NCBI GenBank assembly: GCA_035297125.1
Contig: DATGZQ010000019.1
Span: 12,940 to 76,939, forward strand
DNA from: Thermoplasmata archaeon
GTDB taxonomy: Archaea > Thermoplasmatota > Thermoplasmata > Lutacidiplasmatales > UBA184
Direction: 5' to 3'
Length of the DNA stretch: 64,000 bases
How positions within the stretch are numbered: position 1 is the first letter of the stretch; each line of letters starts with the position of its first letter. The translations under genes were made by a program, and so were the position numbers. The notes under the pieces are model-generated. The model searched no databases. It was not told the DNA's origin and saw only the letters and a list, made by a program, of their open reading frames with translations. This document shows, piece after piece, positions 27,258 through 36,656 of the stretch.

Positions 27258-27887
27258 ATGACCGCGCGTCGGCGTGAAGTCGAGCTGTCCGTGGAGCGGC
27301 CGGTCGGCCCCGGCGCACCGCCGGGCAGCGTCGCTCGCCTGGCCGCCCGGTTCGACGCGGGTCCCGGCGGCGAGGGTCCCACGCCCTCCGAGCTACGGAC
27401 CGCGCTCGACGAGCTCTCCGCCGACCTCGACGCGCTGGTCGGCCCGCTTCTCGCGGCCGCGCCCATCTCCCGGCCCGACCGGGAGCTGACCGAGCTCGTC
27501 GAGACGTACCGTCCTCGGCAACGGGACCTCGTCGACCTCCTGCGGGACGACGGCGAGCTCACCCCCACCGAACACGAACAGTTGATCGCATACCTCGAGG
27601 CGCGACCCGCCGCGGGCGCTCCGGCCCCCCGCAGTCCGGAACAGATCGTAGAGCGCCCGATTGCGTCCGTGCCGATCGCAGCCGCCCCTCTCGCGGTCGA
27701 GCGTTCGCTCCCGGCGTCCCGACCGGTAGCCGAGCTGCTGCGAACGTACCAGATCAATTCCCTACGGCAGGCGGGTGCCGTCCGCGCCCGGCGACAGATC
27801 TCGTTCGCCGAGTACATGGCCCTCAAGCGCCACTTCGAGGAGACCGAGCGGGGCTCGCACTCGACTCCCGAGGGCGGCTCCGGTTAG
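27258..27887 (+). CDS. Hypothetical protein
   Basis: Coding-like ORF with helical composition that fills the gap between convergent/divergent neighbours. Confidence 0.7.
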   Translation: MTARRREVELSVERPVGPGAPPGSVARLAARFDAGPGGEGPTPSELRTALDELSADLDALVGPLLAAAPISRPDRELTELVETYRPRQRDLVDLLRDDGELTPTEHEQLIAYLEARPAAGAPAPRSPEQIVERPIASVPIAAAPLAVERSLPASRPVAELLRTYQINSLRQAGAVRARRQISFAEYMALKRHFEETERGSHSTPEGGSG

Positions 27888-29263
27888 CCCTTCCCCTTGG
27901 CCGGCGCGGCGGGCGGGCGCCAGAGGGACATCGCGACCAGACCGACGTCCGTTATTCCGGGTCGCATCGCGAGCGGCCGAGTCTCGTCCGGCGTTGGGGT
28001 CGCCTCGGAGTCTGACGGGGCTCCCACGACCCATCCGCCAGGATCGCCCGGATCGTCGGGGTCGTTCGGCAGTCGCAGCGGCCCGGCGGTGCGCAGGAGG
28101 CTGACGCTCAGCTCACGCCGGCGAAGACCGGCGCGAGCCCGCTGGAGGAACTCCCAGCAGGGCAGGGTGTCGTCGACGCCCTCGGGAAGGTCGAGGGTCG
28201 TCATCGCGAACGTCGCGTACCCCTTCGTGCGCCCGGGCGGGGCCGACCGCCCTTCCTCGAGGAACGTTTCGGTCCGTGCGAGCAGCTGGTCGGCCGCCGC
28301 GTCGGGAGGCTCCCGCATCTCGAGAGAGGCCAGCCGGGCGGTCCACCCCTTGTCGAACGCGGCGTCCGCAGCCCCTCGGAGGGCGTCGGCCGGGCCCGTG
28401 ACCAGCACCGGCCGACGCAGGCTGGGCGGGAGCGGTGCCGCGGGCGCACCGGCCCTAAGCGCCTCGACCGCCGTGGCCGGCAGGCGGGCCGCGAGGCCGA
28501 CCCGTTCGATCACAGCCCGCGCTTCCGCGCGTTCGTTGGGAGCGATCGGGGTGAACGGTCCTCCTCCCAGGAGCGCGGGGCCGTCCCCGCGGTCGACCAT
28601 CAGCACCTCGATATCGGCCGCCGTGGACGCCGGTAGGAGGCGGCCTCCGACGCCGCCCGAGCCCAGCACCCTCGCGAGGAGCATCACCTCGGCACCGGTC
28701 GCGCCGAACCCGTGCGCCTCTTCGAGGACGCGGGAGAATTCGGCGGGGGTCACGCCCGGCGGCGGCAGCAGGAGCCCGCGGAGCGCCCCGGGAGAGAGGA
28801 GGACAAGGAGGAGGTCGGACGCGCGGAGCCCGGCGGCGATCTCCCGTACCGCCCCGACCACCGCGGGCGCCTCTTCCGCCCCGCCCCATCCCGCGGGGAG
28901 CTCCGCGACCCGGAACGGAATGTTGGGGGCGCCGGGCTCGGGACCCGCGAGGTATCCCTGGGTCAGGCGCTCCCCGAAGACGTCGAGCGCGGCTAGCGCC
29001 ATCGAGTTCGCCGCGTGGCCGACGGCGACGAACGCGACCTCCCGGTAACGGCCGTCCGCCACGAACCGGTTCCCGACGCGCAGGATGCCGCGCTCCCGGC
29101 GCAGGGCGATGCGGAGGAACCGGTAGACGTCGGCTCCGGCCACCGCCGCCCGGTAGCAGATCGCGTGGAGCGCGTCCGGCCCGACCGGGTCGGGAGTCGT
29201 GGCCTGGGCCGTTTCCCAAGGCAGCCGCGCGCTCACACCGACCGGACCGGGGAGTAGGGTCAA
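27884..29263 (-). CDS. Glycerate kinase (DUF4147/MOFRL)-like protein, divergent
   Basis: VAVGHAANSMA, DLLLVLLSPG, GGGP and GITDV are degenerate equivalents of glycerate 2-kinase motifs. Confidence 0.65.
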   Translation of the reverse strand: MTLLPGPVGVSARLPWETAQATTPDPVGPDALHAICYRAAVAGADVYRFLRIALRRERGILRVGNRFVADGRYREVAFVAVGHAANSMALAALDVFGERLTQGYLAGPEPGAPNIPFRVAELPAGWGGAEEAPAVVGAVREIAAGLRASDLLLVLLSPGALRGLLLPPPGVTPAEFSRVLEEAHGFGATGAEVMLLARVLGSGGVGGRLLPASTAADIEVLMVDRGDGPALLGGGPFTPIAPNERAEARAVIERVGLAARLPATAVEALRAGAPAAPLPPSLRRPVLVTGPADALRGAADAAFDKGWTARLASLEMREPPDAAADQLLARTETFLEEGRSAPPGRTKGYATFAMTTLDLPEGVDDTLPCWEFLQRARAGLRRRELSVSLLRTAGPLRLPNDPDDPGDPGGWVVGAPSDSEATPTPDETRPLAMRPGITDVGLVAMSLWRPPAAPAKGKG

Positions 29264-29288
29264 TACGGTGGCGGGCGCGACTCCGCCG

Positions 29289-30455
29289 TCAGCCCAGCTG
29301 CAGCCGCTCCACGGCCGGGGCTGCCGTCCCGTGGAGGAAGCGCGCGGGAGAGAACTCCTCCGGGTCGAGGTCGACCTTCTCCCCGAGGACCGCGGCCGCG
29401 ACCCTCCGGGTCGCCGCCGGCGCGAGCATGAAACCGTGCCCGCCGAACCCGTTCGCGTGGACGAACCCCGCGAGGCGGGGGTCCTCCCCGATCACCGGGA
29501 GCCCGTCGGGAGTGTCGTCGTAGTAGCCGGTCCATGCGCGGAGGACGTTGAGCCTCGCGAGCCGCGGGATCAGACCGACCATGGCCCGCGCCATTCCCGT
29601 GAGGAACCGCGGCGAGCTCGGCACACCCCGGGCGGTTCCCGGCGCGTGCGGGACGGTGAGGCCACCGACGAGCTCCCCGCGCATCGTCTGGCTGAAGTAG
29701 AGGCCGTCCGAGGTCCGGACGACCATCGGTACGAGGAATGGTTTCATCGGCTCCGTCGCGAGGATCTCGTGACGCGAGGCGACGTTGGGCGTGGAAAGGC
29801 CGGCCCGTTGGGAGAACTCGGAGGACCATCCGCCCGCCGCGTTTACGACGGAGGATGCCCGCACGGTCCCTTCGGAGGTGACGACGCCCTCCACGCGTCC
29901 GTCGCGCGCGACCACGCCGAGCGCGTCCACGCCCAGCGCGACCTCGACCCCGAGCGACCGGGCCGTCTCGTAGACGCCCCAGACCGCCGGGAACGGGTAC
30001 AGCGTTCCGTCGCTCCTCAGATAGACCCCTCCGACCGTCGACCCGGGCGCGATCCCGTCGACCCGCCGGGCGACCTCCTCGGGCGTGAGGACCTCCGACG
30101 GGAGCCCCTCGGACCGGACGATCTCGTGGACCCGGCGGAGCCGGCCGAGCTCGGTCTCGTTCTCGGCCAGGAACAGGTACCCTCCCTGGCGGAACCAGAT
30201 GTTGTAGCCGAACTCGATGCCGAACCGCCGCCAGTCGGAGACCGCCTCGCGCGCAAGGCGGATCGTCGACCGGGTCTCCCACTGCTGGCGAACGCCCCCG
30301 CCGTTTCGGCCGGAGCCGCCGCTGGAGAGGAACCCCCGGTCGACCACGAGGATCGGTCCGGCTCCGGCGCGGGCGAGCCGGACCGCGGTGAACAGGCCGA
30401 CGATGCCGGCACCGACGACGACGGTGCGGTACGCGTTGGCCCTGAGCGGCGTCAC
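29289..30455 (-). CDS. FAD-dependent oxidoreductase, proline dehydrogenase/sarcosine oxidase beta-like; GTG start at 30455
   Basis: VVGAGIVG, SGRNGGGVR, RAWTGYYD.TPD, GFGGHGFMLAP. Confidence 0.9.
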   Translation of the reverse strand: MTPLRANAYRTVVVGAGIVGLFTAVRLARAGAGPILVVDRGFLSSGGSGRNGGGVRQQWETRSTIRLAREAVSDWRRFGIEFGYNIWFRQGGYLFLAENETELGRLRRVHEIVRSEGLPSEVLTPEEVARRVDGIAPGSTVGGVYLRSDGTLYPFPAVWGVYETARSLGVEVALGVDALGVVARDGRVEGVVTSEGTVRASSVVNAAGGWSSEFSQRAGLSTPNVASRHEILATEPMKPFLVPMVVRTSDGLYFSQTMRGELVGGLTVPHAPGTARGVPSSPRFLTGMARAMVGLIPRLARLNVLRAWTGYYDDTPDGLPVIGEDPRLAGFVHANGFGGHGFMLAPAATRRVAAAVLGEKVDLDPEEFSPARFLHGTAAPAVERLQLG

Positions 30456-32116
30456 GTGACCCCGTTGTCCGCGAACTCCTCGTGCACGACCGCGAGGGCG
30501 GAGAGCGGCGTGGGCACGAGCGGGGGACGTTGCCGGATGTACCCGACCTCGGGCGCGGGGCGCCCTTCGAGGTGGGCGAGGAGGAGGAGCGCGTCGGGGA
30601 GGCAGTAGCGGCCCTGACAGAGTCCGGTCCCGACTCCCGTGTACCGCTTCATCACCTCGATGCCGCGGAACCCGGCCTTGGACGCGTCCTCGAGGTCCTC
30701 GAGGAGGACGTCCTCGCACGGGCAGACGATCCACTTTCCCGTTCGCGGCTCCTTCAGGAGCTCCCGGTAGTACTCCCCGAGGTCCGCGGAGACGTCCACC
30801 GCCCCGGGTGCAGTCGGGGTCGTCTCCGCCCTGACGCCCGCGGCGGACGAAGCCGCCCGCTCGCCGCTCGTGCCGCGTTCGTCGGCGGCGAACCCCGCCA
30901 CCGTCCCAGCGACGTACAGCCCGGGTACTGTGGTTCCTCCGGTCGCGTCGACCACCGGGAAGTAGCTTCCCGGGTCGGGTCGCCAGACCATCCGGGCGTC
31001 GGCCTGGAAAAGCAGTTGCGCGTTCGGGAGGCGCCGGTGGGCAAGGACGACCGTGTCGCACGCCAGGGAGAACCGGGTGTCCTGGCCGCGGGTCCGGAGG
31101 TCGAGGGACCGGACGCGCGAGCGGCCTACCGCCCGGACGACCAGAGAACGAGGGTAGAGAGGGATCGAGAGCTCGGACGCACGCCGGACAACGTCGGGGG
31201 AGATTTCGCCCGGGGCGACGACCGCGGTGACCGAGGGCCCGATCAGATCGAGAGCTTCGCGAGCCCTGCGACCCCCTCCCACCACGACCGCCCGCCGGAT
31301 CGGGAGGCGCCCCCCGCGCGGCGCCATGCGGGTGAGAAGGTCGGCGGCCATCACCCCGGGGCGGTCGCCCCCCTCGAAGAGGAGCGAGCCATCGTACCCT
31401 CCGGTGGCGAGGACGACCGTCTTCGCACGGATCGAGACCCCTCGGTCGGGCTCTTCGAAGCCGAGGAGGACGAACGGTCTCGGCGCCGTCGGGCGCGGAG
31501 GCGGGAGGAACGTGACGGTGGTGCGGGGAGCAAGGTCGGAGCCCGGGATGTCGATGACCTCCAGCGCCCGGTCGATAACGAGGGGACGGATCCCGCGCCG
31601 AACGAGGGCCTCCGCGGCGGCCCGGCCGGAGGTGCCGGCGCCGACGATCACGACGTCCGTATCCCAGCGGTGCGCGATCGCGCTCGGCGCTCCGTCCGGG
31701 ATCGGATCGGGCACCGCCCCGTACCCGGCGAGCCGGCGTCCGACCCGCTGGAAGGCGCGGGTCGCCCAAGCCGGCCGTCGGAACCCCCGCAGGGTGTCGA
31801 GACCGCGCGGGAACACGACGTCGATTGCTCCCAGGACGTCCCACCGCGGGCTTGGCCAGGCGTTCTCGGTCTCTACCCGGTCCCCTTCCTCCACGACGTG
31901 GCGGCAGGCCCGGACGTTCGGGCGGCCGTTCACCCGCACAAGGCAGCCCGTGCAGTGGCCGAGCCCGCAGAACGGGCCCCGGGGCCGATGGCAGCGGACC
32001 GAGCGTACGACGTTGGGGAGCTCCTGCTCGGCGAGCGCGGCCAGCAGCGTGTCGCCAGAGGAAGCGGTACGGGCTCGGCCGCGAAAGCGAAACCGTCGGG
32101 TCACTGGGTCGGCCAT
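30452..32116 (-). CDS. Proline dehydrogenase/sarcosine oxidase alpha-like subunit (2Fe-2S, FAD, BFD-like C-terminus)
   Basis: HRPRGPFCGLGHCTGC..NVRAC, VGAGTSG, CPCEDV, GTGLCQGRYC, RPP. Confidence 0.88.
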   Translation of the reverse strand: MADPVTRRFRFRGRARTASSGDTLLAALAEQELPNVVRSVRCHRPRGPFCGLGHCTGCLVRVNGRPNVRACRHVVEEGDRVETENAWPSPRWDVLGAIDVVFPRGLDTLRGFRRPAWATRAFQRVGRRLAGYGAVPDPIPDGAPSAIAHRWDTDVVIVGAGTSGRAAAEALVRRGIRPLVIDRALEVIDIPGSDLAPRTTVTFLPPPRPTAPRPFVLLGFEEPDRGVSIRAKTVVLATGGYDGSLLFEGGDRPGVMAADLLTRMAPRGGRLPIRRAVVVGGGRRAREALDLIGPSVTAVVAPGEISPDVVRRASELSIPLYPRSLVVRAVGRSRVRSLDLRTRGQDTRFSLACDTVVLAHRRLPNAQLLFQADARMVWRPDPGSYFPVVDATGGTTVPGLYVAGTVAGFAADERGTSGERAASSAAGVRAETTPTAPGAVDVSADLGEYYRELLKEPRTGKWIVCPCEDVLLEDLEDASKAGFRGIEVMKRYTGVGTGLCQGRYCLPDALLLLAHLEGRPAPEVGYIRQRPPLVPTPLSALAVVHEEFADNGVT

Positions 32117-32253
32117 CGAGCGAGCGGCCAAGACCGCCTCCGCGTCTATTTACCCTCCCGCCCGGACGAGGAGACGGAGGGACCCCGCGCCCACGGGCGT
32201 CGCTTCGCGACCGAGGCTATATAGAGACAGGAGGGTCCCACCCCGTACGTAGC

Positions 32254-33333
32254 ATGCGGAGCAGCGGAGGCTTCCACGGACGCCGGATCCAGAAGACCGG
32301 CGGTTCGACGTTCATCATCTCCCTACCGAAGAACTGGGTCCTCGCCCGGGGCCTGGGAGCGGGGGACGTACTGTTCTTCACGCCGCGCGCGGACGGGTCG
32401 CTCACCGTGTTCGCCGAGTCGAGGACCCCTTCGGAGGCGGAGCGGCGGGTCGTGGAGGTGTCGAACGACGCCGACAAGGACCACCTGTTCCGGCGACTGA
32501 TCGCGGAGTACATCGCCGGGTACCCGCTCCTCGAGGTCCGGACCCACGGACGCATGAGCGCGCGCACCCGCGAGGTGGTCCGAAACTTCGCGCAGCGGAT
32601 GATCGGTCCCGAGATCCTCGAGGAGACCGCCGAGTCCGTGATCCTTCAGGACGTAGTCGGAGCGAACCCGCTTCCGATCCCCTCCATCATCCGCCGCATG
32701 CACCAGATGGTCCGCGCGATGCACACGGACGCGATGGCCGCCCTCCGCGCCCGCGACCTCGCGATCGCGCGGGACGTGGAGGAGCGCGACTGGGAGGTCG
32801 ACCGCCTCCACTGGTTCCTCGAAAAGCAGGTGACGAGCGCGCTCAGGGACGCCCGCATCCTCGCGACCCTCGACCTCACGCTCCCGGAATGCTCCACCTA
32901 CCTGCTCGCCTCGCGCATCCTCGAGCGGATCGCCGACCACGCCGTGCGGATCGCCGGGGCGGTCACGATCCTCGGTAAGGAGACGCTGCCCGAGCGGATC
33001 GTCGCCGAGCTCGAGCGGATGGCGACCGAGGCCGCGAGCGGACTCGTGGACGCGCTCGACAGCCTCGACTCTCGGAACATCGAGAAGGCGAACGCGGTGA
33101 TCGATGCGGCCCACGAGCTCACCCGCCAGCGCGACCACGTTCTCCACGAGCTGACGCTGAAGCGGGGACGGCTCGCGGTCGGGCTCGCCTACGTTCTCGA
33201 GAGCCTGGAGCGCTCGGCGTTCTACGCGAGCGACCTCGCCGAGATCGCGATCAACCGGGCGGTGGAGACCCCGTCGCGGCTCGAGGATCTTTCGGTCCGC
33301 GCGCCCGCGATCGCAGTACCCACCCGTCCCTGA
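32254..33333 (+). CDS. phoU: Archaeal phosphate uptake regulator (AbrB + PhoU domains)
   Basis: RRIQKTGGSTFIISLPKNW AbrB domain; EVDRL, LERIADHAVRI, LERSA PhoU repeats; TATATA upstream. Confidence 0.9.
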   Translation: MRSSGGFHGRRIQKTGGSTFIISLPKNWVLARGLGAGDVLFFTPRADGSLTVFAESRTPSEAERRVVEVSNDADKDHLFRRLIAEYIAGYPLLEVRTHGRMSARTREVVRNFAQRMIGPEILEETAESVILQDVVGANPLPIPSIIRRMHQMVRAMHTDAMAALRARDLAIARDVEERDWEVDRLHWFLEKQVTSALRDARILATLDLTLPECSTYLLASRILERIADHAVRIAGAVTILGKETLPERIVAELERMATEAASGLVDALDSLDSRNIEKANAVIDAAHELTRQRDHVLHELTLKRGRLAVGLAYVLESLERSAFYASDLAEIAINRAVETPSRLEDLSVRAPAIAVPTRP

Positions 33334-33358
33334 GCGGGATTTCGCCGGGCGCAGCGCC

Positions 33359-34504
33359 CTAGCCCGGACGGCCGAGGATCGCGTCGAGGAGACCGCGGAC
33401 GTCGTCGACGTTGGGGACCCTGGGGTTCGCGAGCGCGGCGGGGGAGCGCAGGACGTTCGTCACGATCCGGTCCCGGTCCGTACGGACCCGCTCCGCCGGG
33501 ATCCCGGCAGCGACCAGCGTAGCAGGGACGCCCAGCCCGTCGTATAGGCGCCGGAGCCGCACGGCGAACGCGGGTCGCGTGCTGTCGTCGGGAGGGGCCG
33601 TGGCTGCGGCCAGCGCCTCGAGTCGCTCGCGGGCCGCAGGGCGGTCGAACTCGAGTACGTGCGGGAGCACGATTCCGAGGAGCCGGCCGTACGGCAGCGC
33701 CGTCGGTCGAACGAGAGCTCGGGCGAGCGCGTGGGCGAGCCCCCGCTGCGCGTTCGACGCCGCGAGCCCGGCCGAGGTCGCAGCGTAATGGAGCAGGCTC
33801 CGGGCGTCGGGGTCGTCGCTCCACCGGACGGCGTGGGGCAGTCGGTGCACGATCGTCGACACAGCGTGGAGGGCCAGGGCGTCCGAGAACGGGTTGGCCC
33901 AGGCGGAGAGGAACGCCTCCGTGGCGAGCGCTGCGGCCTCGAGCGCCCCCGACACAACCTCCGTCGGCGGGAGCGAGAGGGCGAACGCTGCGTCGACCAG
34001 AGCCCAGTGGGGCACCAGCGCCCGGTCCGCGAGCTCGACCGGGTCGCCGGCGCTCGAGAAGAGGTCAGACGTCCAGCTGACCTCGGCTCCGCTCCCGCTC
34101 GTGGTCGGGATCGCGACGAGCCGGGAACGGGGCGTTTCCGGCAGTCCGAGCACCGCCGGCGGCGCCCCGAGGTCGAGGTCCGGTCGCTCGAAGACGGCCC
34201 GCGCCGCCTTCGCGAGGTCGACCGTTCTCCCTCCTCCGATTGCGACAACCCAGTCGGGGTCGAACGTACGGAGCCGGTCCCGAAGCCCGACCGCCGACAC
34301 GATCTCGTCCGGGGCCTTCGTGTCGGACACGACCTCGACGACGGTCCCGGCCTTCTCGAGTTCCTCGAGCACCCGGCGGTGGCCGTCCTGCCGTGCCACG
34401 ACCGGGTCGACCAGCACGAGCGCTCGCCGGGAGCCCAGGGAGCTCAGCTGCTCGACCGCGCCGGGCCCCCAGGCAATCGAGGGCGAGGTGAAGAACGCCG
34501 TCAT
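33359..34504 (-). CDS. Iron-containing alcohol dehydrogenase family protein
   Basis: GGGRTVDLAK, IPTTSGSGAE, GLAHALA, NPR. Confidence 0.88.
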   Translation of the reverse strand: MTAFFTSPSIAWGPGAVEQLSSLGSRRALVLVDPVVARQDGHRRVLEELEKAGTVVEVVSDTKAPDEIVSAVGLRDRLRTFDPDWVVAIGGGRTVDLAKAARAVFERPDLDLGAPPAVLGLPETPRSRLVAIPTTSGSGAEVSWTSDLFSSAGDPVELADRALVPHWALVDAAFALSLPPTEVVSGALEAAALATEAFLSAWANPFSDALALHAVSTIVHRLPHAVRWSDDPDARSLLHYAATSAGLAASNAQRGLAHALARALVRPTALPYGRLLGIVLPHVLEFDRPAARERLEALAAATAPPDDSTRPAFAVRLRRLYDGLGVPATLVAAGIPAERVRTDRDRIVTNVLRSPAALANPRVPNVDDVRGLLDAILGRPG

Positions 34505-34517
34505 TCCTCTCGCCCGC

Positions 34518-34823
34518 TCACGGGGCGTCGGGGCCCTCTCGACACCGTCGGCACGCGCCGGTGAGAGAGAAGGCGATGCGGTCGACGCTCCAGCCTTCCG
34601 GACGGAGAGCGGCGAGCTCGGTGAGGAGGTGTCGATCGAGCTCCGTGAGCTCGACCGGCTGGATCCGTCCGCAGACGCGGCAGACGATGTGGGAGTGCGG
34701 GTCCTCGGGATCGATCGGCTCGGCCACCCGCGGCCGGGGTAGCGGGGGGGCGGGAGGAGCGTGGGTCGATCGGACCGTACGTCGGGGGGGTGGGCGGGGC
34801 GCCGGTCGTCGCGCGGGCGCCAT
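34518..34823 (-). CDS. Fur/PerR-like metal-binding dimerisation domain without DNA-binding domain
   Basis: HSHIVCRVCGRI...GACRRC, preceded only by a Pro/Arg-rich segment. Confidence 0.7.
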   Translation of the reverse strand: MAPARRPAPRPPPRRTVRSTHAPPAPPLPRPRVAEPIDPEDPHSHIVCRVCGRIQPVELTELDRHLLTELAALRPEGWSVDRIAFSLTGACRRCREGPDAP

Positions 34824-34936
34824 CGGCGGCGTCGACCCCACCCCGCTATTTACCTTGGGCGAGCGCGGGTAGCCGACGGACCCGGTCCGGGGCCCGGTAG
34901 GCGCAGCCTCCGGGGGAAACGCTCCCGAGCGCGCGT

Positions 34937-36556
34937 TCAACCCTGGAACGGGCGCCGCCAGTCGTCCGGCAGCACAGCGCTCTCCTTGATGTTGCGGGGC
35001 GTCACCCAACGGAGCATGTTGAGGATCGACCCGGCCTTGTCGTTCGTCCCGGAGCGACGGGCGCCCCCGAACGGCTGGCGTCCGACGATCGCCCCGGTCG
35101 GCTTGTCGTTGATGTAGAAGTTCCCCGCGCTCCAGCGCAGCGCCGCCTCGGCCTTCGCGACCGCGGCCGTGTCGCGGCCGAAGACGGCTCCCGTAAGGGC
35201 GTACGGGGACGTCGTGTCGCAGAGCGCAAGGGTCTCCTCGAACTTCTCGTCCGGGTAGACGTAGACCGTGAGCACCGGGCCGAAGATCTCCTCCGACATC
35301 AGCTTCCCCTTCGGGTCCGTCGTGCGGATCACGGAAGGGCGGACGAACCAGCCCTTCGTGCGGTCGGTCCCTCCGTCGACCACGAACGAGTACTGCTTCG
35401 GATGGGCCCGCGCAAAATCGAGGTAGCGCTGGATGTTCGTGAACGCCGGCTCGTCGATCACCGCACCCATCAGGTTCTTGAGGTTGGCCACCGGGCCCAC
35501 GGGGACCTTCGGGACCTCCTCCTTCAGGATCCGCTCCACCTCCGGCCACCGGCTCGCGGGGATGTAGGCCCGGGAGCAGGCGGAGCACTTCTGGCCCTGG
35601 TACTCGAACGCGCCGCGCAGGAGGTTGATCGCGGTGCCGCGGGCGTCGGCGGACGGGTGCATGAAGATGAAGTCCTTGCCCCCGGTCTCGCCCACGATCC
35701 GCGGGAAGTTCCGGTACTTCTCGAGGTTAGCACCGACCCGCTTCCAGACGTGGACGAGGGTCTTGTAGCTCCCCGTGAAGTGGATCCCGGCCAGGTCGGG
35801 GTGGTCCAGCAGCACGTTCGCGTCCCTGCTCGAGAACGGGACGAAGTTGATGACCCCGGGCGGCAGGCCCGCCTCGACCAGGACCTTGAAGATCTCGTAG
35901 TTCGAGAGGATCACCGAGCGCGCCGGCTTCCAAAGGGCCACGTTGCCGACCATCGCGGGGGCGGTCGGAAGGTTGCCGGCGATCGAGTAGAAGTTGAACG
36001 GCGGGATGGCGAGGACGAACCCCTCGAGCGGGCGCCAATCGAACCGGTTGGTCTCTCCCGGGTACTGGTTCGGCTGGATCTCGTAGACCTGGCGCGTGAA
36101 GTGCGCGTTGAAGTTCCAGAAGTCCACGAGCTCGGCGAGGTCGATCTCCGCCTCGTACGGGTTCTTCGAGTGGTTGAGCATGACCGCCGCGATGTTCCGC
36201 GTCCGGCGCGGGCCCGCGAGCAGGGTAGCGGCCTTCACGAAGACCGCGACCCGGTGGTACCAGTCCGTCCGGGCCCAGGCCTCGTGCGCGGCCAGCGAGT
36301 TCTCCACCGCTTCCTTAAGCTCCTTCCGGCCGGCGAGATGAGCCCGGGCGAGGACGACGCCCGTATCGTCCGGACAGGGGACCTCGACCATCCTGCCCGT
36401 GCGGACCTCTCGACCGCCGATGATGAGCGGGATCTCGAGCGTGGACTTGCGCACCGCAGCGAGTTCTTCCTCGAGCCTTCGACGATCGACCGAGCCCGTC
36501 GCGTAGGACCGGATCGTGTTGACGTCGTTCACCGGCCGTTCGATGTTCCAGTTCAT
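34937..36556 (-). CDS. pruA: Delta-1-pyrroline-5-carboxylate (L-glutamate gamma-semialdehyde) dehydrogenase
   Basis: RPLEGFV, PFNF, FTGS, GETGGKDF, FEYQGQKCSACSR, EEIFGP, NDKPTGA; start corrected. Confidence 0.93.
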   Translation of the reverse strand: MNWNIERPVNDVNTIRSYATGSVDRRRLEEELAAVRKSTLEIPLIIGGREVRTGRMVEVPCPDDTGVVLARAHLAGRKELKEAVENSLAAHEAWARTDWYHRVAVFVKAATLLAGPRRTRNIAAVMLNHSKNPYEAEIDLAELVDFWNFNAHFTRQVYEIQPNQYPGETNRFDWRPLEGFVLAIPPFNFYSIAGNLPTAPAMVGNVALWKPARSVILSNYEIFKVLVEAGLPPGVINFVPFSSRDANVLLDHPDLAGIHFTGSYKTLVHVWKRVGANLEKYRNFPRIVGETGGKDFIFMHPSADARGTAINLLRGAFEYQGQKCSACSRAYIPASRWPEVERILKEEVPKVPVGPVANLKNLMGAVIDEPAFTNIQRYLDFARAHPKQYSFVVDGGTDRTKGWFVRPSVIRTTDPKGKLMSEEIFGPVLTVYVYPDEKFEETLALCDTTSPYALTGAVFGRDTAAVAKAEAALRWSAGNFYINDKPTGAIVGRQPFGGARRSGTNDKAGSILNMLRWVTPRNIKESAVLPDDWRRPFQG

Positions 36557-36656
36557 GTCCGGCACGAAGCCCCCGACGGGGCTAACGGTATCGTCAACTA
36601 ACTTTGATGCGGAGTTTAAGGCGCCTCCCCTCCCTGAAACGGACGAGAGGTCTCCG

